Assembly: GCF_036321535.1 (NCBI RefSeq)
Contig: NC_087452.1
Location: 4,340,001-4,404,000, forward strand
DNA length: 64,000 bases
Source: Camelus dromedarius
Lineage: Eukaryota
Reading direction: 5' to 3'
Part shown: in pieces, positions 24,339-38,150 of the stretch
Layout of the letters: each line of letters starts with the position of its first letter
How positions within the stretch are numbered: position 1 is the stretch's first letter
Made by a program: the position numbers and the translations under genes
Notes under the pieces: generated by a model
The model's database searches: none
The model's input: only the letters and a program-made list of their open reading frames with translations
Told to the model about the DNA's origin: nothing

Positions 24339-27300
24339 AGTGAGAGAAGGTGACAGCTTGCTATTTAGTGGCTGGACATTTAAACTGCTAACTTGTTAAT
24401 GACCTAAATTAACAGAGACATGAAATACACAACACACTGTTTTAATAGGAAAACTTGCCCTACAATCAAGGACCTCAAGAATGATCAGTAATACGTGTAC
24501 GACTCATCAGCTGGTCTACCCACTTGCTTTGGATTTATGGCAGGCTCTGTGACTGGTTTATGTCTATCAAGCAGCACAAACTCCAACTCTATGGCTCAAG
24601 TCAATTGTTAATCATCCTTAGTGATGAATGTTAAAGGCGTCAAGGAGAACTGGAAAAAACAGCCAGACTATAAATCTAAATATTCTGATTTCCTATTACC
24701 CTTTTAATCCCTCTTCCAGCAGAGGTGATCATAAGTGATTAAATGGCTATCAGAATCAAGGAGAGAGGGGCTGGAGCACAAGTGTTCCACCCTGTAGGTT
24801 CTAAGAGCAGAAAATAATACTATTTATTCTACTTCTATCTTATACTGCAGCCTAGCACGGTACACGTGTTCTGCAGAAACGACGGAACTCTGCCAGTGAT
24901 GTGGAGATGCTAAAGAATTATTTTTACTTGTTCAGTATGTTTGCTTTGCTCTTCAACTTGATGGGTGATTTTGATGGAAGCAAGTACCATTCCCAGCTGA
25001 AAAAGCCTGGGATTTTAACACTTCTTTTGTGACATGAATATATGTTTCAGCAGACTTTCCCGAATGTAACTCAACTATACTGTGGAACAATTACCTCTCC
25101 TACAACCTCTGCAGACTTGGGCCTGAGACCTCTGTCACCAGAGCCAAAAAAGCCCTCCTGCCAGCTCCTGTCCTACCAGCTCTGCTGTGGGCTTCATTCT
25201 CCTTTGATTCGGGCGCCTCACGCTCTTTAAAAAGACTTGCCAAGTAAGCAGAAAGAGAAACGTCTTCAGTTTCTCTCAGGCTGCTTGGAATTAAACCCCC
25301 GGTGGAGAAAGGGGACATCTATTCATAATAAAGACTCTGTTCTGCAGGCTTCAACTTACTGAACTTTTTCCTGAGTGCCCAGAGGCCAGGTTCTCAAATT
25401 GTCTAAATATAAACAAAATGCCTTCTTTCCTGACTGAGACCTCTTCTGCCAAGATTCCGCTCCATCTACTGCTTTATAGGTGGTTCTAACTAAGCACAGG
25501 AGACTGTAACAGAGGCGGTGACACTGCTAGGTTCAGGCAAACAGAACGGCTAACATGAAATCAACAGTGGTCCAAAGAGGAAGAAGCAAATTGGGGTTAA
25601 AACGTCCAGTTTCCTTCTCCTTTGTCTCTTGATTCCTTTACACTCCTTCTCATGTTTAAAATGACAAGACAACCTCTTTTGACACAACTTGTATGCACAG
25701 CATAGGAAACTGGTCACTCTTAACATAATACGGCGAGTACGTATTTTGCCAAAATAAATACTTAAAACTGAACAAACTTTTAAGGGAGAAATAAAAATCA
25801 ATCACTGTCTTTGTTCAAGTTCCTACGCACGGGATGACTGATTCTATCAGCTCTGCTACTCTCCCGACTCAAAACCTAGGATAACTGTACAGCTTCCACT
25901 GAATGTCCAGTTTTTGGATATTTGGTTGGCTTGTCCGATATTTTAGTTTCTATCCAAGAATCAAACAGCCTTTTATTAAAGCTGGCATTTTCATGTATCC
26001 CACACAAACAAACAGTCTAAATCTGCATCTCAAGGAAAGGGAAGACCCATGGCAATCTGCAAGCTTGAAGCTTGGTAATGAGACAGAGACAAAGAAAGAT
26101 AACTCCGGGTCGCCAGAGCACTGAAGACGAAGCGGGCTAACAGTGAAGCAGCTCCGCCTGCCTCCAACTTCTCATTGGGGAGTTAAGAAGCATCAGGAAC
26201 TCCCCAAGCAGCACGAAGTAAAACGGCTAATAGTCTAGAAAGGAGTATAAAGTACATAAAAACATGCATTTGGAAAAATGTTCCTGCAGTCAATTTTCTC
26301 ATTAACCCGAGATAGCTCTGTTGATTTTGTTACAGCTGCAACTTTTCCACTGTATGAAGCAGTCAAGTTACAAATTGGCTTGCGGGTTGAGTGGTCTGGA
26401 AAAAGTATATTCTGTATCACTGCTGTAAACTTAAATCCATTTCCTCTCGTTCTCAGCTCATTTTGGCAGAATATTTCTAACTAAAAGTGTAATAAACTAT
26501 ATTGTCATACTTCAGGGATTTTACAACTCCATCTACCATATTTGGGAGTGAGGGGGAGGTAGCAAGAACTCATAAGGAAGTAAAGGATATTATGGTGACA
26601 TTTTGTAACCTTTAGCTAGCCTGGGGACGACTGAAGTCATGTGTTTAAGATGGGAAGCATTACTAATTTGGGATGACTTCTTGTGGCTTTTTTCTTTTCT
26701 TACACCAGCATCATTAAATCTGTTCAGAAATAGATTTGCTCTTTCCTCCATCATGTAAAACACAATTCCTTTTTATAAAGGCAATATTCTTGGTAAAATT
26801 TAAACTAACAAGAGATGGGAAATTGGAATACTTGACTAATTTGTAAGTTACTACAAAAGATAATTTTGAAAAATCCTGAGATTTCCATTAACTGTCAGCC
26901 AATTCCCCAAGTATAGCTCCCTTTTCACACACATACACACAAACCCCACAACAACCAAACAAAAAATGATACAAAAACAAGACAGTACATCGAAAAGTGA
27001 CTATCTTAACATAATTTCATGTTCCTGAATTGTCATGGAACAGACTGAGAGATCAAAGAAGAGCAAAACCAGGCGATACCTCTGTACTGGCAACATTTTA
27101 CTCTGTAATTCAGGTTTCATTCATTTAACAGACACTTACCGAGTCACTATTATGTATCAGGTGTTATACTCCATGCCGAGGACACATCAGAGAATAGGAT
27201 ATAGTCCCGTAAACCTTCAAGAGTTTACAGGTAGTAATACATTGACATTTTAATAACTTTTAATAAGGGGGGAAAGGGATACATTCAGAACTTTTGACTT

Positions 27301-27961
27301 GCAGACTTAAAATTCTAAAAGTTTCCTTTGTATCTCTAATTTTAGCTATTCCTACAAATTCCTTTGATGTGTAAAGTTACACAAGTGCCCTCTCTGTGAA
27401 CAGACCAGAGCTGTCCCATTCCACAATGCTTAGAAAATTAAGTGCTGGTAGGGTCCTTAGAGACCCATCTGTCTGCCCTTCCCTAATTTGTCCAGCATCT
27501 GGGGAAAATGAGCCTGGAAGAGGGAAGGAGACTTGGTGAAGGTCACTTAGCTGGCATGCTTATTTTTGTGGGATTTTTTTCCAAGTAAGATATAACTTTG
27601 GAGGTATCATTATAACTAGTGCTTTAAAAAAAAAATCTATGTTTATCTGACACCTTTCTCATTTATCCTCCCTCTTATCTCCACGGGGACACTAACCTCC
27701 AAACTTTGTGAGGCAGTCTTTTCTCGTAGGGTCTGGCTCTTTTTAACGTCTGTTCTGAGACCTCACACCTATACCATCTCCTCCTTCTCCACTGATTTGC
27801 ATTCTTCCCTACTTTCCTTGATTCAGCTTCTCCAAGAGAACGGTCCTAACTTGCTGCCAAAATTCTCAGTGGTCTAGAATCACTCCCTCCACTCATATAC
27901 CACCTACTACCTCCTAAGCTCCCCCAAATACTCATTCCCCCCACCATACTTAAGGTGTAAC

Positions 27962-28409
27962 TTTTTTTAATTGAAGTATATTTGATGTACAATGTTGTGT
28001 TAGTTTTCTGGTGTACAGCATAGTGATCAGTTTTATACACACACACACATATATTCTTTTTCATTATAGGTTATTACAAGATATTCTCTGTGCTATACAG
28101 TAGGACCTTATTGCTTATATGTTTTACATACAGTAGTTTGTAACTGCTAATTCCAAACTCTTAATTTATCCCTCCCCTCTCCTTTCCCCTTTGGTAGCCA
28201 TAAGTTTGTTTTCTATGTCTGTGAGTCTGTTTCTGTTTTGTAAATAAGTTCATTTGTATCATTTTTATTCAAATCCTACATATATGTGATATCATATGAT
28301 CTACTTGTCTTTTCTTTGTCGCTAATTCACTTAGTCTGATAACCTCTAGGTCCATCCATGTTGTTGCAAATGGCATAGTTTCATTCTGTTTAATGGTTGA
28401 GTAGTATTC

Positions 28410-28478
<69 letters not shown>

Positions 28479-28772
28479 CGCGCGCACGCGCACCACAACT
28501 TCCTTACCCAGTCACCTGCTGATGGACATGTAGGTTGCCTCCATGCCTCGGGTATTGTATACAGTGCTGCTGTGAACACTGGGGCGCATGTATTTTTTCG
28601 AATTATAGTTTTCTCCAGATATATGCCCAGAAGTGCCATTGCTGGATCATATGGTAAGTCTATTTTTAGGGTTTTTTTGAGCAATCTCCATACTGCTTTC
28701 CATAAGGGCTGCACCAAACTACATTCCCATCAACAGCGCAGGAGGGTCCCCTTTCCTCCACACCCCCTCCAG
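27962..28772 (-). mobile_element. 5'-truncated L1 (ORF2 C-terminus + 3'UTR) containing a microsatellite
   Basis: ORF 28346..28717 gives [32 protein letters not shown], typical of the L1 ORF2p C-terminus. Near-perfect TSD TAAGGTGTAA (27951-27960) and TAAGCTGTAA (28773-28782). Confidence 0.93.
28413..28492. repeat. Compound microsatellite (TG)29(CG)7 + CACGCGCA
   Basis: Read directly from the sequence. Confidence 0.97.
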
Positions 28773-28894
28773 TAAGCTGTAATCTTAAACAGCGACCTAC
28801 TTGCTCCTTGCAGCTATTAAAGACATTACTCCTTTTTTTTTTCATCCTTCTTGATCATTCACTGTCATCTTACAATATTTCAGCATAAATCTGC

Positions 28895-29100
28895 GTGAGC
28901 TTGGGAGTCAGAAGGAGCTCAGTTTAAGCTAGACTCCACCTGCTACTGGCAGTAGGCCCTTTGGGACGTCATGTCACCAGGCTGAACTTCACTTTATTCA
29001 CCTGTGAAGTCGGGATCATCGCAGCTCCTACACTACAGGGTTGCTGTGAGGACTAAGCAAGGTTGTATCCACAAAGCAACCGACATGACGCCAGGTAATA
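28895..29100 (+). mobile_element. MIR SINE
   Basis: TTGGGAGTCAGA...ACCTGTGAAGTCGGGATCATC...AGGGTTGCTGTGAGGACTAAG. Confidence 0.65.
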
Positions 29101-29464
29101 AGAGGCACCAGGCGCCGCTTCCTCCTCCTCTCCTCGCAGAGCTTCCCACTGGGCACTGCTGAGCCGAACCGCACGTCCCACCCTCTCATCTTCCTCTTCT
29201 AACCTGTGAGCTGCTTCTCGGGGCCTCAGCTTTCAGAGCATCCTTCACTCCATGCTCATGATGCCCAAACCAACACGTCTCGTTCCGGCCGTTGAAACGA
29301 GGTCCAGCCCCGACTCACCCCATCCGTCTAGGGCGTTTCTAGGGAGACACCCCACCTTCACTCTGAATTCAGCAAGTCTGAATCAAGCTCACCTCCTTCT
29401 CCCAGAGCCCCTCTTCTGTGTTTCTCCCTTTTCTCCCAACATCAGCCAAAAGTTCTTTTTTTGA

Positions 29465-29520
29465 ATTTTTTTTTATTGAGTTATAGTCATTTTACAATGT
29501 TGTGTCAAATTCCAGTGCAA
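29465..29520 (-). mobile_element. Very short L1 3'-end fragment
   Basis: TTTTTTTTATTGAGTTATAGTCATTTTACAATGTTGTGTCAAATTCCAGTG, homologous to the start of the 12693 copy. Confidence 0.7.
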
Positions 29521-32500
29521 AAGTTCACTTCTGACTTTTTCTCTTGTCCCCTTTATTTTTAATTGTCGTCAAATCTCGTAAGTTACTGAAATACCTCCTT
29601 CATTTGTCCCTTCCTAACGAAGCTTTGGTCACACCACTCTCCTCCTCCAAAATCTTCAGGGTCCCCCAAGCCTCCTAGTCGAAGTCCAAGTTCCTCACTT
29701 GAGCCCTCGTATCCTGCCAAACGTAGCCCTCTTCCTCTCTTCCGTGAATCTCCCACTGATTCGAAGCACAGCGTGCCCCCAGCATCCCGAAATTCCTCCC
29801 CCATGACACTCCTCATGTTAGCGTGTTCAGCTGCCTCTTTCTTACGCATCCTGACCCACACGCCCAGGGCTCAGCTCGGGCGCGAGCATCGCCTGAAACG
29901 ACTTCTCACTATTCCAGCTCCGCACACACGCTTTCTTCTAGGAACTTCTACCACGTGGTTGTCCTCCGTCACACATCACCCAGCCCTGTTATTTCATTCT
30001 TTCACGTAGCCCGTGTTTGTGCTGCCTTTGAAATAAGACTGTCGGCAAAGAATGCCATAATTCTACTCTGTCCAGAACGGTGCTCGATACATAAAAGTAG
30101 CTCAATGAACGTTTGTTTAATACATGAAACAAACAGGAACCACAAACAAACCACCACAACTCAGCACAAATAGCAGCTCTCAGCCCAGTATCTGACTGCG
30201 GAACCCTGCTTCACGTGCCACAGGACATCACAAGACTGCAGGTCTGTGAACTGAACATTCTTCACCCCTGAATTATTTAGGTAAAAAGTAGCTGATCAGG
30301 AACCTAGATGCTTTTATGGGTTCATTTCAATATTTTTCCAAAAAAGGGAAGCTTATGCAAAAGTTAAATCTACAAAACTGTAAAATACACATTAATGGAA
30401 ATTCTTCTCTTAAAATAATTCAATTCTGTACCATACTTTGCAACTCTAGCTGGTGAATTTAAAAATAACATTTAGGCGAGAATGCTGATAATGCCATGTT
30501 TAATTAGTAGAGTGAATAGTATATCTAAATCACTTAATTTCATTATATCACACTATAATTTTATTACTTGCATAATACTTGCTAGGAATTGTGTTAAACC
30601 CTAGGGATACCCAAAGATAGTCTCTGTGCTCAAAAAGCTCACCCGTAAAATTAATTACAAAATCAACAATAATATGATACGATAATTGGTACACCCCAGG
30701 CACGACCCCAGTCCTGCGGGAGGAACACTGACTGAGCGGTCTGGTGCAGCCAAGCCCCGACACCTGTAGTAGCAAATGGAGGCGACAAGACGGAGGAGGT
30801 CAGTTGAGGCCGACCATGAAGTCTGCAACGCTTGCAGGGAGCGGGGTGAAATGTATCTATAGTGTTTGAGAAGGAAAACTGTCTACTTGGAGGATGGAAT
30901 GGAAACGGCGGATTGTTGGGTCAGAGAGACAATTTGCAATAACTCAGGAATAAGGAAAATATGACCTAAAACATCCTCAATGGAAATTAAAAGGCTGGAA
31001 AAACAAATTTACAGTCACAGCCATCAGCAGGTGCATACGTAAAGAATCCACCCCACCCCCTACCCCCACCGCCGCCATGGAGCACCGGGGAGCAAACATG
31101 CACAAACAACTCATTCTCCTTAGTCTCTGGCTTGCTGCTGCTGTTACTGCTGCTCCAAAGTCTGATGGAGGAAAGGACGGAAACGTCCCTCCACTTACTG
31201 AGAACACACGCTGGCAACATTCTGTAACTTTCACGTGTCACTTAGGGTGAAAGTCACCTCACTGCACCGCATTCCAGTCAGCATTCATCCCAGGTCAGTT
31301 CTTCTTAAAAGGAGGTCAGTCTACTCACTCAGACACATAGGCACTGCATTTCTGAAAGTGGGACTGCTTGCAGTAAGCACGTTTTCTGGTCAATACGTGG
31401 TAGGGTACAGATCTGTTACATCTCACCCTTTTCACGTACGTGTATAAAGTAAATTTTAAAAATGAATTAACACAATAAAGAAGATCGACGTACTTCCTGA
31501 ACAAAGATATTAATAGTTGCAGAGACTCTTTGAACACATGCCACAAGCATTTAAGCAAACTATTTTGTATTTTTCTCTTATTGTGAGGTTTGAAACTGAA
31601 ATAATTTTATGCAGAAATATCTAATTCATTTCAACAAATGGCTTTTGCTACACGTTGGGTCCCAATGAGTCGGGTGCCCAGGTATATTCCTAGAAATCCT
31701 TAAATTACAGAAAATAGATAATCACCACTAAGGAAATAAATAGCAGCAGACCAAAAAGGCAAAAGTCACCTTCAGCTCTGCTTTAATTTGGAGTAAGAGA
31801 GTAGAGACTAAGGAATAAGGATGCACATTTCTCTAAAGCGGTAAATAGATGAAAGGTAAATGAATATTCAAGACACATTTCCAACAACACATCTTCAAGA
31901 AAAGATTCGTATGTGCTAGGAAACAATCAGTCCTGAGGGCAAAATGTGATACTTCTGGACTCAGCAGGATGGAGCGACTTCCACCCAAATCCCATCCTTC
32001 TGAAGAATGACTTGGATTTGGCCAGAGTGGGGCACTGATCAGGATGCTCTAGTGCCTTCTGGCGTGAGTGGGATAGAATAAGTTACTTGTCCTCTGTTTA
32101 CTCTGATCTCTTCTTTTGGAAAATATAAAAATTAAAGGCAATGATGACCGTAATATCTTAAAGATATACAATGCTATAAAAATTTTCTGACCCCCTGCAT
32201 ACATTTGCTCTGGCTTGATCGTCACAATAAACATCTGAACAGATACGGAAAATTGAGGTCCAGCATTTTTAAGAGGCTGCAGATTAACAGAAGAGGAGAG
32301 ACTGCAACCCAGGTGTCCTGATGTCCAGGTGTCAACCTTCAGGTGTCCTGGGAGCAGCAACTTTCTCCAGAATTACATAGTCAGGGTTTTTCCAAAGTGT
32401 AAGTGCAGATCGGGGCTGGGAAAAAGTTGAGTATCAAGCATCTCCATAGTCATAGGAAAAAATCACTGTCTTTGTTTGCATGTATCATTGTAATTCTTCC

Positions 32501-35500
32501 TGAGTAATACTTCTTATATTTCAGTGAAAGTAACAAAAAGTTATTTAGTGCTTTATTATTCATGCTAGATGTCTCTGGATATTCCAAATAGACTGCCAAA
32601 AAAAAAAAAAAAAGAGGTCTTGTCAATTGTACTTTTATACCTTAGTGGTTACTTCTGCACACAAAAGTGCTCTCCATTTTATGACGCTATCTGAAAGAAG
32701 TTCAGCAACACACTGTTAATACCCTACTCCTACAAAATAATTTCAAAGCTCCATGGGAATTTAGATTTGCACAACTTATTAGGATGTGACCTTTCCCTTA
32801 GATTTCTTATTTTAGGATCGACTTAACATGGTATTTCCCCAGTGGGAACGGCTGTACTTCCTTCGCAGATAAGAAAAATAGCGATCACAAATTACAGAGA
32901 GTAAACTTGGGGGAACATATATTTCTGTGATGCAGATGAAACCGAAATCACAAAAGGAGACCACACGACGTATTCCTTGGGTTTGAGAGGAAAGCCATGT
33001 GGCTTGCTAACAAAAGAGGACACAAGTCATGCCCTTATGGTATTTCCCTGAAGTTTACACCTAATTGTTTCTTGTCCCAGCTAACAGGTCTTGTGACTTT
33101 CAAAGATTATTAGAGATGTTTACGTCACTAAGTTTCCTATGTCCTGTCTACTGGGAGTATAAGAGGTTAAAAATATCAAACTTTTAATAATTTAAATGAT
33201 TTCAGATCACAGGATCTGGACTGAAGGACAAGGAGTTCATGGTGTAAAGAAAACAGCAACACGAGAGAGAAACACGAGACCACAGCTGCTTTGCTTGACG
33301 CTCCGTGGAACAGTCGTGGCTGCCAGCACTTCAGCTCTCACCACCCGACACTGCGAGAGAACTGAGGCAGGTGACTGGCAACATGCAAGTTACTGAGAGC
33401 ATCCAAGGAGTCCACCACGCGGCCCAGGAGGGCTCAGTACTGGCATTTGTGAAAAAGGCAAACCAAAGAGTGGAAGGAGAGGTTATGCAGACATGCACAT
33501 TCTTCCTAACTAGTCTAACTAGGTGCCCCCAAAACAGTAATTTTACATGCAGTTAGTTCATGAAAATATTAAAATGAAGACATTATAAACAGATTAAAAT
33601 TTTTTTCTCTTATGAGAACGGAAGTGTGGTTGTAACTGAGAATCAAGTAATTGTCAAAAGTGATTTTTTTTGTATCCTCTCATCACACATTTGCACAGGT
33701 TCTATTAAAACGACTACTGGAGAACAAACCCTGCTTTACTGAACTTATTACTCAAGAGTCTCAAATAATCAACCCCCCACCACCACCCCCTGATGCATTC
33801 TTCAGGTTAACAAACTGTGACCATCACAGAAGTTCTTCTTTTAGGCTGAATTTTTAGGAATTAACCCTCTACATTTTACAGCAGTGACTCATGGTTTTTA
33901 ATACCCACTATGATCAACTTATACATTTTTCAAAAAGATATTATACAGTCTAGACACAGCTAAGTTTTAAAACACTATTTCCGAAGGGAAAGAGAATTAG
34001 AAATCATTTATCACAATCTCTTAATTTCATAGACATTGAGGGTCAGGGGCAGCAGTGTATTCTACACACACGTATAAAAATACGCATGGATATGGATTAA
34101 CTGGAAGGCAACTTGTAGAAATTAAAACAGTTTGAATAAGGATGTTAAGATTATAGATAAGATTTTTCCTTAAAATGATCTTTGTTGTTGTTATTGCACT
34201 GCTTATTTGATATTTAAAAACACGGTACACTGTTCTGCAGTTAAAAGCTGTAATCTCTAGCTGTAACACTTAACCCCCAAAGGAAAGTTTAGAATAAAAA
34301 GGAAAGACAAATACCATAATCTTTTCCCAATTCACTGTAACACATTTTAACTATATAGTTTTGTATCTTAAAATTTTCTCTTATCATTATATCTTTATTC
34401 AAAAATTACTATTCCCCTCGAATATTCAAATCACAAACAAAATATTTGATTTAAATACTAATTTTAAAATGATCTGTATCCCTCTCTCTTAAACTGCATT
34501 TTCAAAAGCAGTCATTCCTTTATAACTAGCAACACGGGGACCTGAAGGCCCCAAGGGACCCACAGCACAGGGTTTACATTTTATTTAAATCTGGCATAGC
34601 CTCAGGAAGCCTGCCACTTCCCTGCAAAGAAGCTGTTTTTTTCCTAACCAAAACCAAAAACAATGTCCCCACCAACAAAACCCAAAAAACCACCAAAACC
34701 CCCATATTACTCTAATACCTAAACAATTGCTGAAACTCGTCACTCTCCACCCTCCTTCCACCATCGCACGCACAGAGCCACAGCTAAATGGTAAGAGATT
34801 TGAAAGAACAGAAATCATTTAAACTTATGCTCTGGAAATACGTTTTTGTTCATTTTGCTAGTAAGATATCCTCAGAGTAATTTGAAGTGTCATAAAAACT
34901 AATAACACAAGTCACAGAGTTGCCCAAACCCCTTCACATGGGAACTCCTCTTAAAGCAATTTGTCTGAAGAAAACGGTTTTTTTAAAAGTAAAATATGTG
35001 CATGAAGATCTTCACTATATGTAAGAGTATAAGAACAAACAGCAACTGTATAATAATAAAGCATTAGAAACCACCTAAAAACTGGCTTAGTAAACTTTGC
35101 GACTAGTAAACCAAGATGGAAACTACTATGTTGCCATTATGACACCCGAAAGCCACGTCAAAAGGGAAAAAGACATACAATCTAACAGCGAAAGAAGCAA
35201 AAACTCTGCATGTACTGTAACTGTTAGTCATTTAAAAACGTATACAGGTCAACCAGAACGGAAAGAAACTAAGCAGAAGTAAGAATAGTAGTTGATGTGT
35301 GAGTTAAGTGTGGTCTTTCTGTTTTAAAAGCTGTTTTCACAGCTTTTCAGTAACAAAAACGTCTTAAAAGAATTAATGTAAAGTGAAACAAACCCAGTGA
35401 CCAAAATTCAAAAGCCAAAGTCATTTATTTTTCCTAGTTCCTGATCTTATTTCTGTATAGGGACCACCTACCCATGTTCAAGGTTTTAAAATGTTATCTC

Positions 35501-36064
35501 TGTTCCAATCCTGAAGCCGTGAATTCATACACAGCATAGCTAAGCAGAGTTTATGTACAGAGGGCAAGACTGAGCTCTGCATGTGAGCACATACAGAAAA
35601 TGATAAAGATCATTGTGTCCTATTAGCAATTTACAGAATTGTGATTTGCCCCACCCAGTACACCTATAATTGAATTCCTCAGCCATAAAATCATTGGGAC
35701 CAAACAGGCTCAGGTATCTTTTATCTAAAACCCTTTTTTCTCCCTGACCATCAGTTAACATATTTCTTATGGGGCTTTTCTTCTTTTTATAGATTCATTT
35801 GTCTTGGTTATAAATTAACCCCACAAGCAACCCTCCCAACCACCCCAGCTCTACTGTTTCCTGTGTACCAGCTTGCTTTCTACTTGCACGATTTACGACA
35901 CAGGGGCCATTTAAACTGCCAGTTGGTAAATGATGTTCAGGAAATTATGCCTAGATTTTTTAAAAAGACTCCTCCTAGGGAGAAATGCCCCCAGGAAGAG
36001 GTTCTTCTCAGCTGGGCACCCTGGCAAAGGAGTGGAATGTAACTGCTGAAGCCTTCTATTTCTT

Positions 36065-36310
36065 TTTCACATTTTTAAAAAAAATTGTGGTGAAATATAC
36101 ATTACATAAAAGTTTACTATTTTAACCATTTTCAAATGTACGGTTCTGTGGCATTATGTCCATTTACACTGCTGAGCCTCCACCACCACCATCCAGCTCC
36201 AGAACTTTTTCATCTTCCCAAACCGAAACTGTCCCTATGAACCCCAACTCCCATCCCCCACACCCCCCCTCTATTCACTGCCTCTACGACTCTGACTACT
36301 CTGGGTACCA
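36065..36310 (-). mobile_element. L1M 3'-end remnant
   Basis: TTGTGGTGAAATATACATTACATAAAAGTTTACTATTTTAACCATTTTCAAATGTACGGTTCTGTGGCATTA...CATCCAGCTCCAGAACTTTTTCATC. Confidence 0.8.
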
Positions 36311-37129
36311 CTTCTGTTTTTTCTTGTTTCACCTAAAGTGTGTGAGCTAGTGTAGTTTACTAAACTGGTTGAACACATAAGAGAGCTGCAGGCGAAAACA
36401 CTTCAGGGAAGAACTCCTAATACGTAGCACTTTGTTTTTCATGCCCTAATGCTTGAATTCAGACCAAACACTCATTTCCAGATGCCAAAGTACGTAGCTT
36501 CCCCTTACTTGGTTTTTCAAATGCTTGGTCTTTCGATTTTAAATAGCTTTAGGTTTTTTTTCTTTTAATGTTAAACTGATACTCTAAGCAAACCAAACTT
36601 AATAAGGCTATTAATTTCCTTTAATATTAATCCAAGTTCCCTTAGTACTACTTGTATTCACAGAATTCCCACACATTTTACCTAAAAACAGCACGATCGT
36701 CTCTCGTCTTCACCACTGTAATATAAGGCTACTAATTCAAAGTTCTTGTCCAAACATCGTCTTGGGTAAAAAAAGATTAGTGGTCCGAGAGATCACTAAT
36801 GAGATCTAAATACCTGGTTTGAACATTCAAATCAGACCCTGACTGTCATCGACTAAAATTTTTGCAAAGTGGTGGTTCCTGAGGACGCAGAGCCTGTGGG
36901 GTTCCCCTGCTCACAGGTCTTCTGGGGGCTGGGTAGCGCCAGCTGAAGCATTAAGTGGGGAGCCAACCTGCGGGGAGGTAGGGGCGGCTCTGTGAATGGA
37001 CAGGACTCAGAAACAGCTCAGGGGGTCTCCCTGATGAGAAGAATGTGCTAAGGTCGGCAAACAAACAGAAACTCACTCTAAAAATCAGTGAAAATCTAAG
37101 GAGAAGGATCACTGAGTGACTCCAATGTG

Positions 37130-38150
37130 ACTTTTAAAGAACCTTTCATGTGAAATAATTGGAGGTTTACAGAAAAGTCGCAAAGACAATGGAGACAGTT
37201 CCCACGCCCCTCCCACCAAGGTTCCTAGTGCTGACATTTTACAGGCACAGCACAACGGTGAAAACTAACACGTGCGCTCTGGCACCGCACCAGCAACGGC
37301 TTTGTCTGGATTTCACCAGCTTTCCCACTGATGCCCTTTCTCAGTTCCAGGACCCAACCCAGGATCCCACCCTGAATTGAGCTGCCATACCCACTTACTC
37401 CCTCCAAACCTGTGGTAGTTCCTCAGTCTTTTTTTTGGGGGTGGGGGGAGGTTACTGAGGTGTAGCTGATATCCAAAAGCTGCACATATTTACTGAGTAG
37501 TTCCTCAATCTTTTCCTGTCTCTCATGTCCCTGACACTGTTGAAGAATGCTGGTTAGGTACTTTGTAGACTGTCCTCTATTTAGATTTGCCTAACATTTC
37601 CCCATGATTCAACTGCCGTTACAAATTTTGGGGAAGAATACTGAAGATCTGGTGTGCCTCTTTCAGGACATCTTATGGGGGAGCAGGTGTTTAAGTTCAG
37701 TACGTCTGTCTTATTCCTGTGGATATTAACATGTTAACCTTAGTTACTTGGTTAAGGTCGCGTCTGCCAGGATTCCCTCCTGTAAAGTGACTACTCTTCC
37801 CTTCGTAATTAAGAAATATTTGGAGGGAAACACTTTGTCCATATTCTGCTCCTCCGGCCACTCTGGCCTCCTAATCTGAGTATCCATCAGAGGGTCCTGC
37901 CTGCAGCAGCCACCGCTGCTGGGCTTCTCTGATGGCACTTTCCCACTTCCCTCATTTCCTTCTACATTTACTAGTTTGAATTCTTCTATAAGGAAAAGTT
38001 CCCTCCTTCCATTTATTCATTTGTTCATTCATTTATTTATATCAGTATGGAATCATGTGCATGTATTTTATTTTGGGGGTTATAATCTGATGCTACAGTT
38101 TTAAAATTTTTCTTATTCAAATTATTCCAGATTTGGCCACTGAGAGCTGG
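37130..38150 (-). mobile_element. Ancient L1MC/MD-like 3'UTR remnants
   Basis: TGAAATAATTGGAGGTTTACAGAAAAGTCGCAAAGA..., TGAAGAATGCTGGTTAGGTACTTTGTAGACTGTCC..., TTATTCAAATTATTCCAGATTTGGCCACTGAGAGC. Confidence 0.65.

Noticed and set aside
26235-26480. Minus-strand stop-free frame (LEIFCQNELRTRGNG...) after an acceptor-like site
   Set aside because: No convincing donor, no recognisable homology, and PPARG has no coding exon between A2 and B.
28269-28775. ORFs with HT/CV dipeptide repeats
   Set aside because: They are an L1 ORF2 remnant plus translation of the microsatellite.
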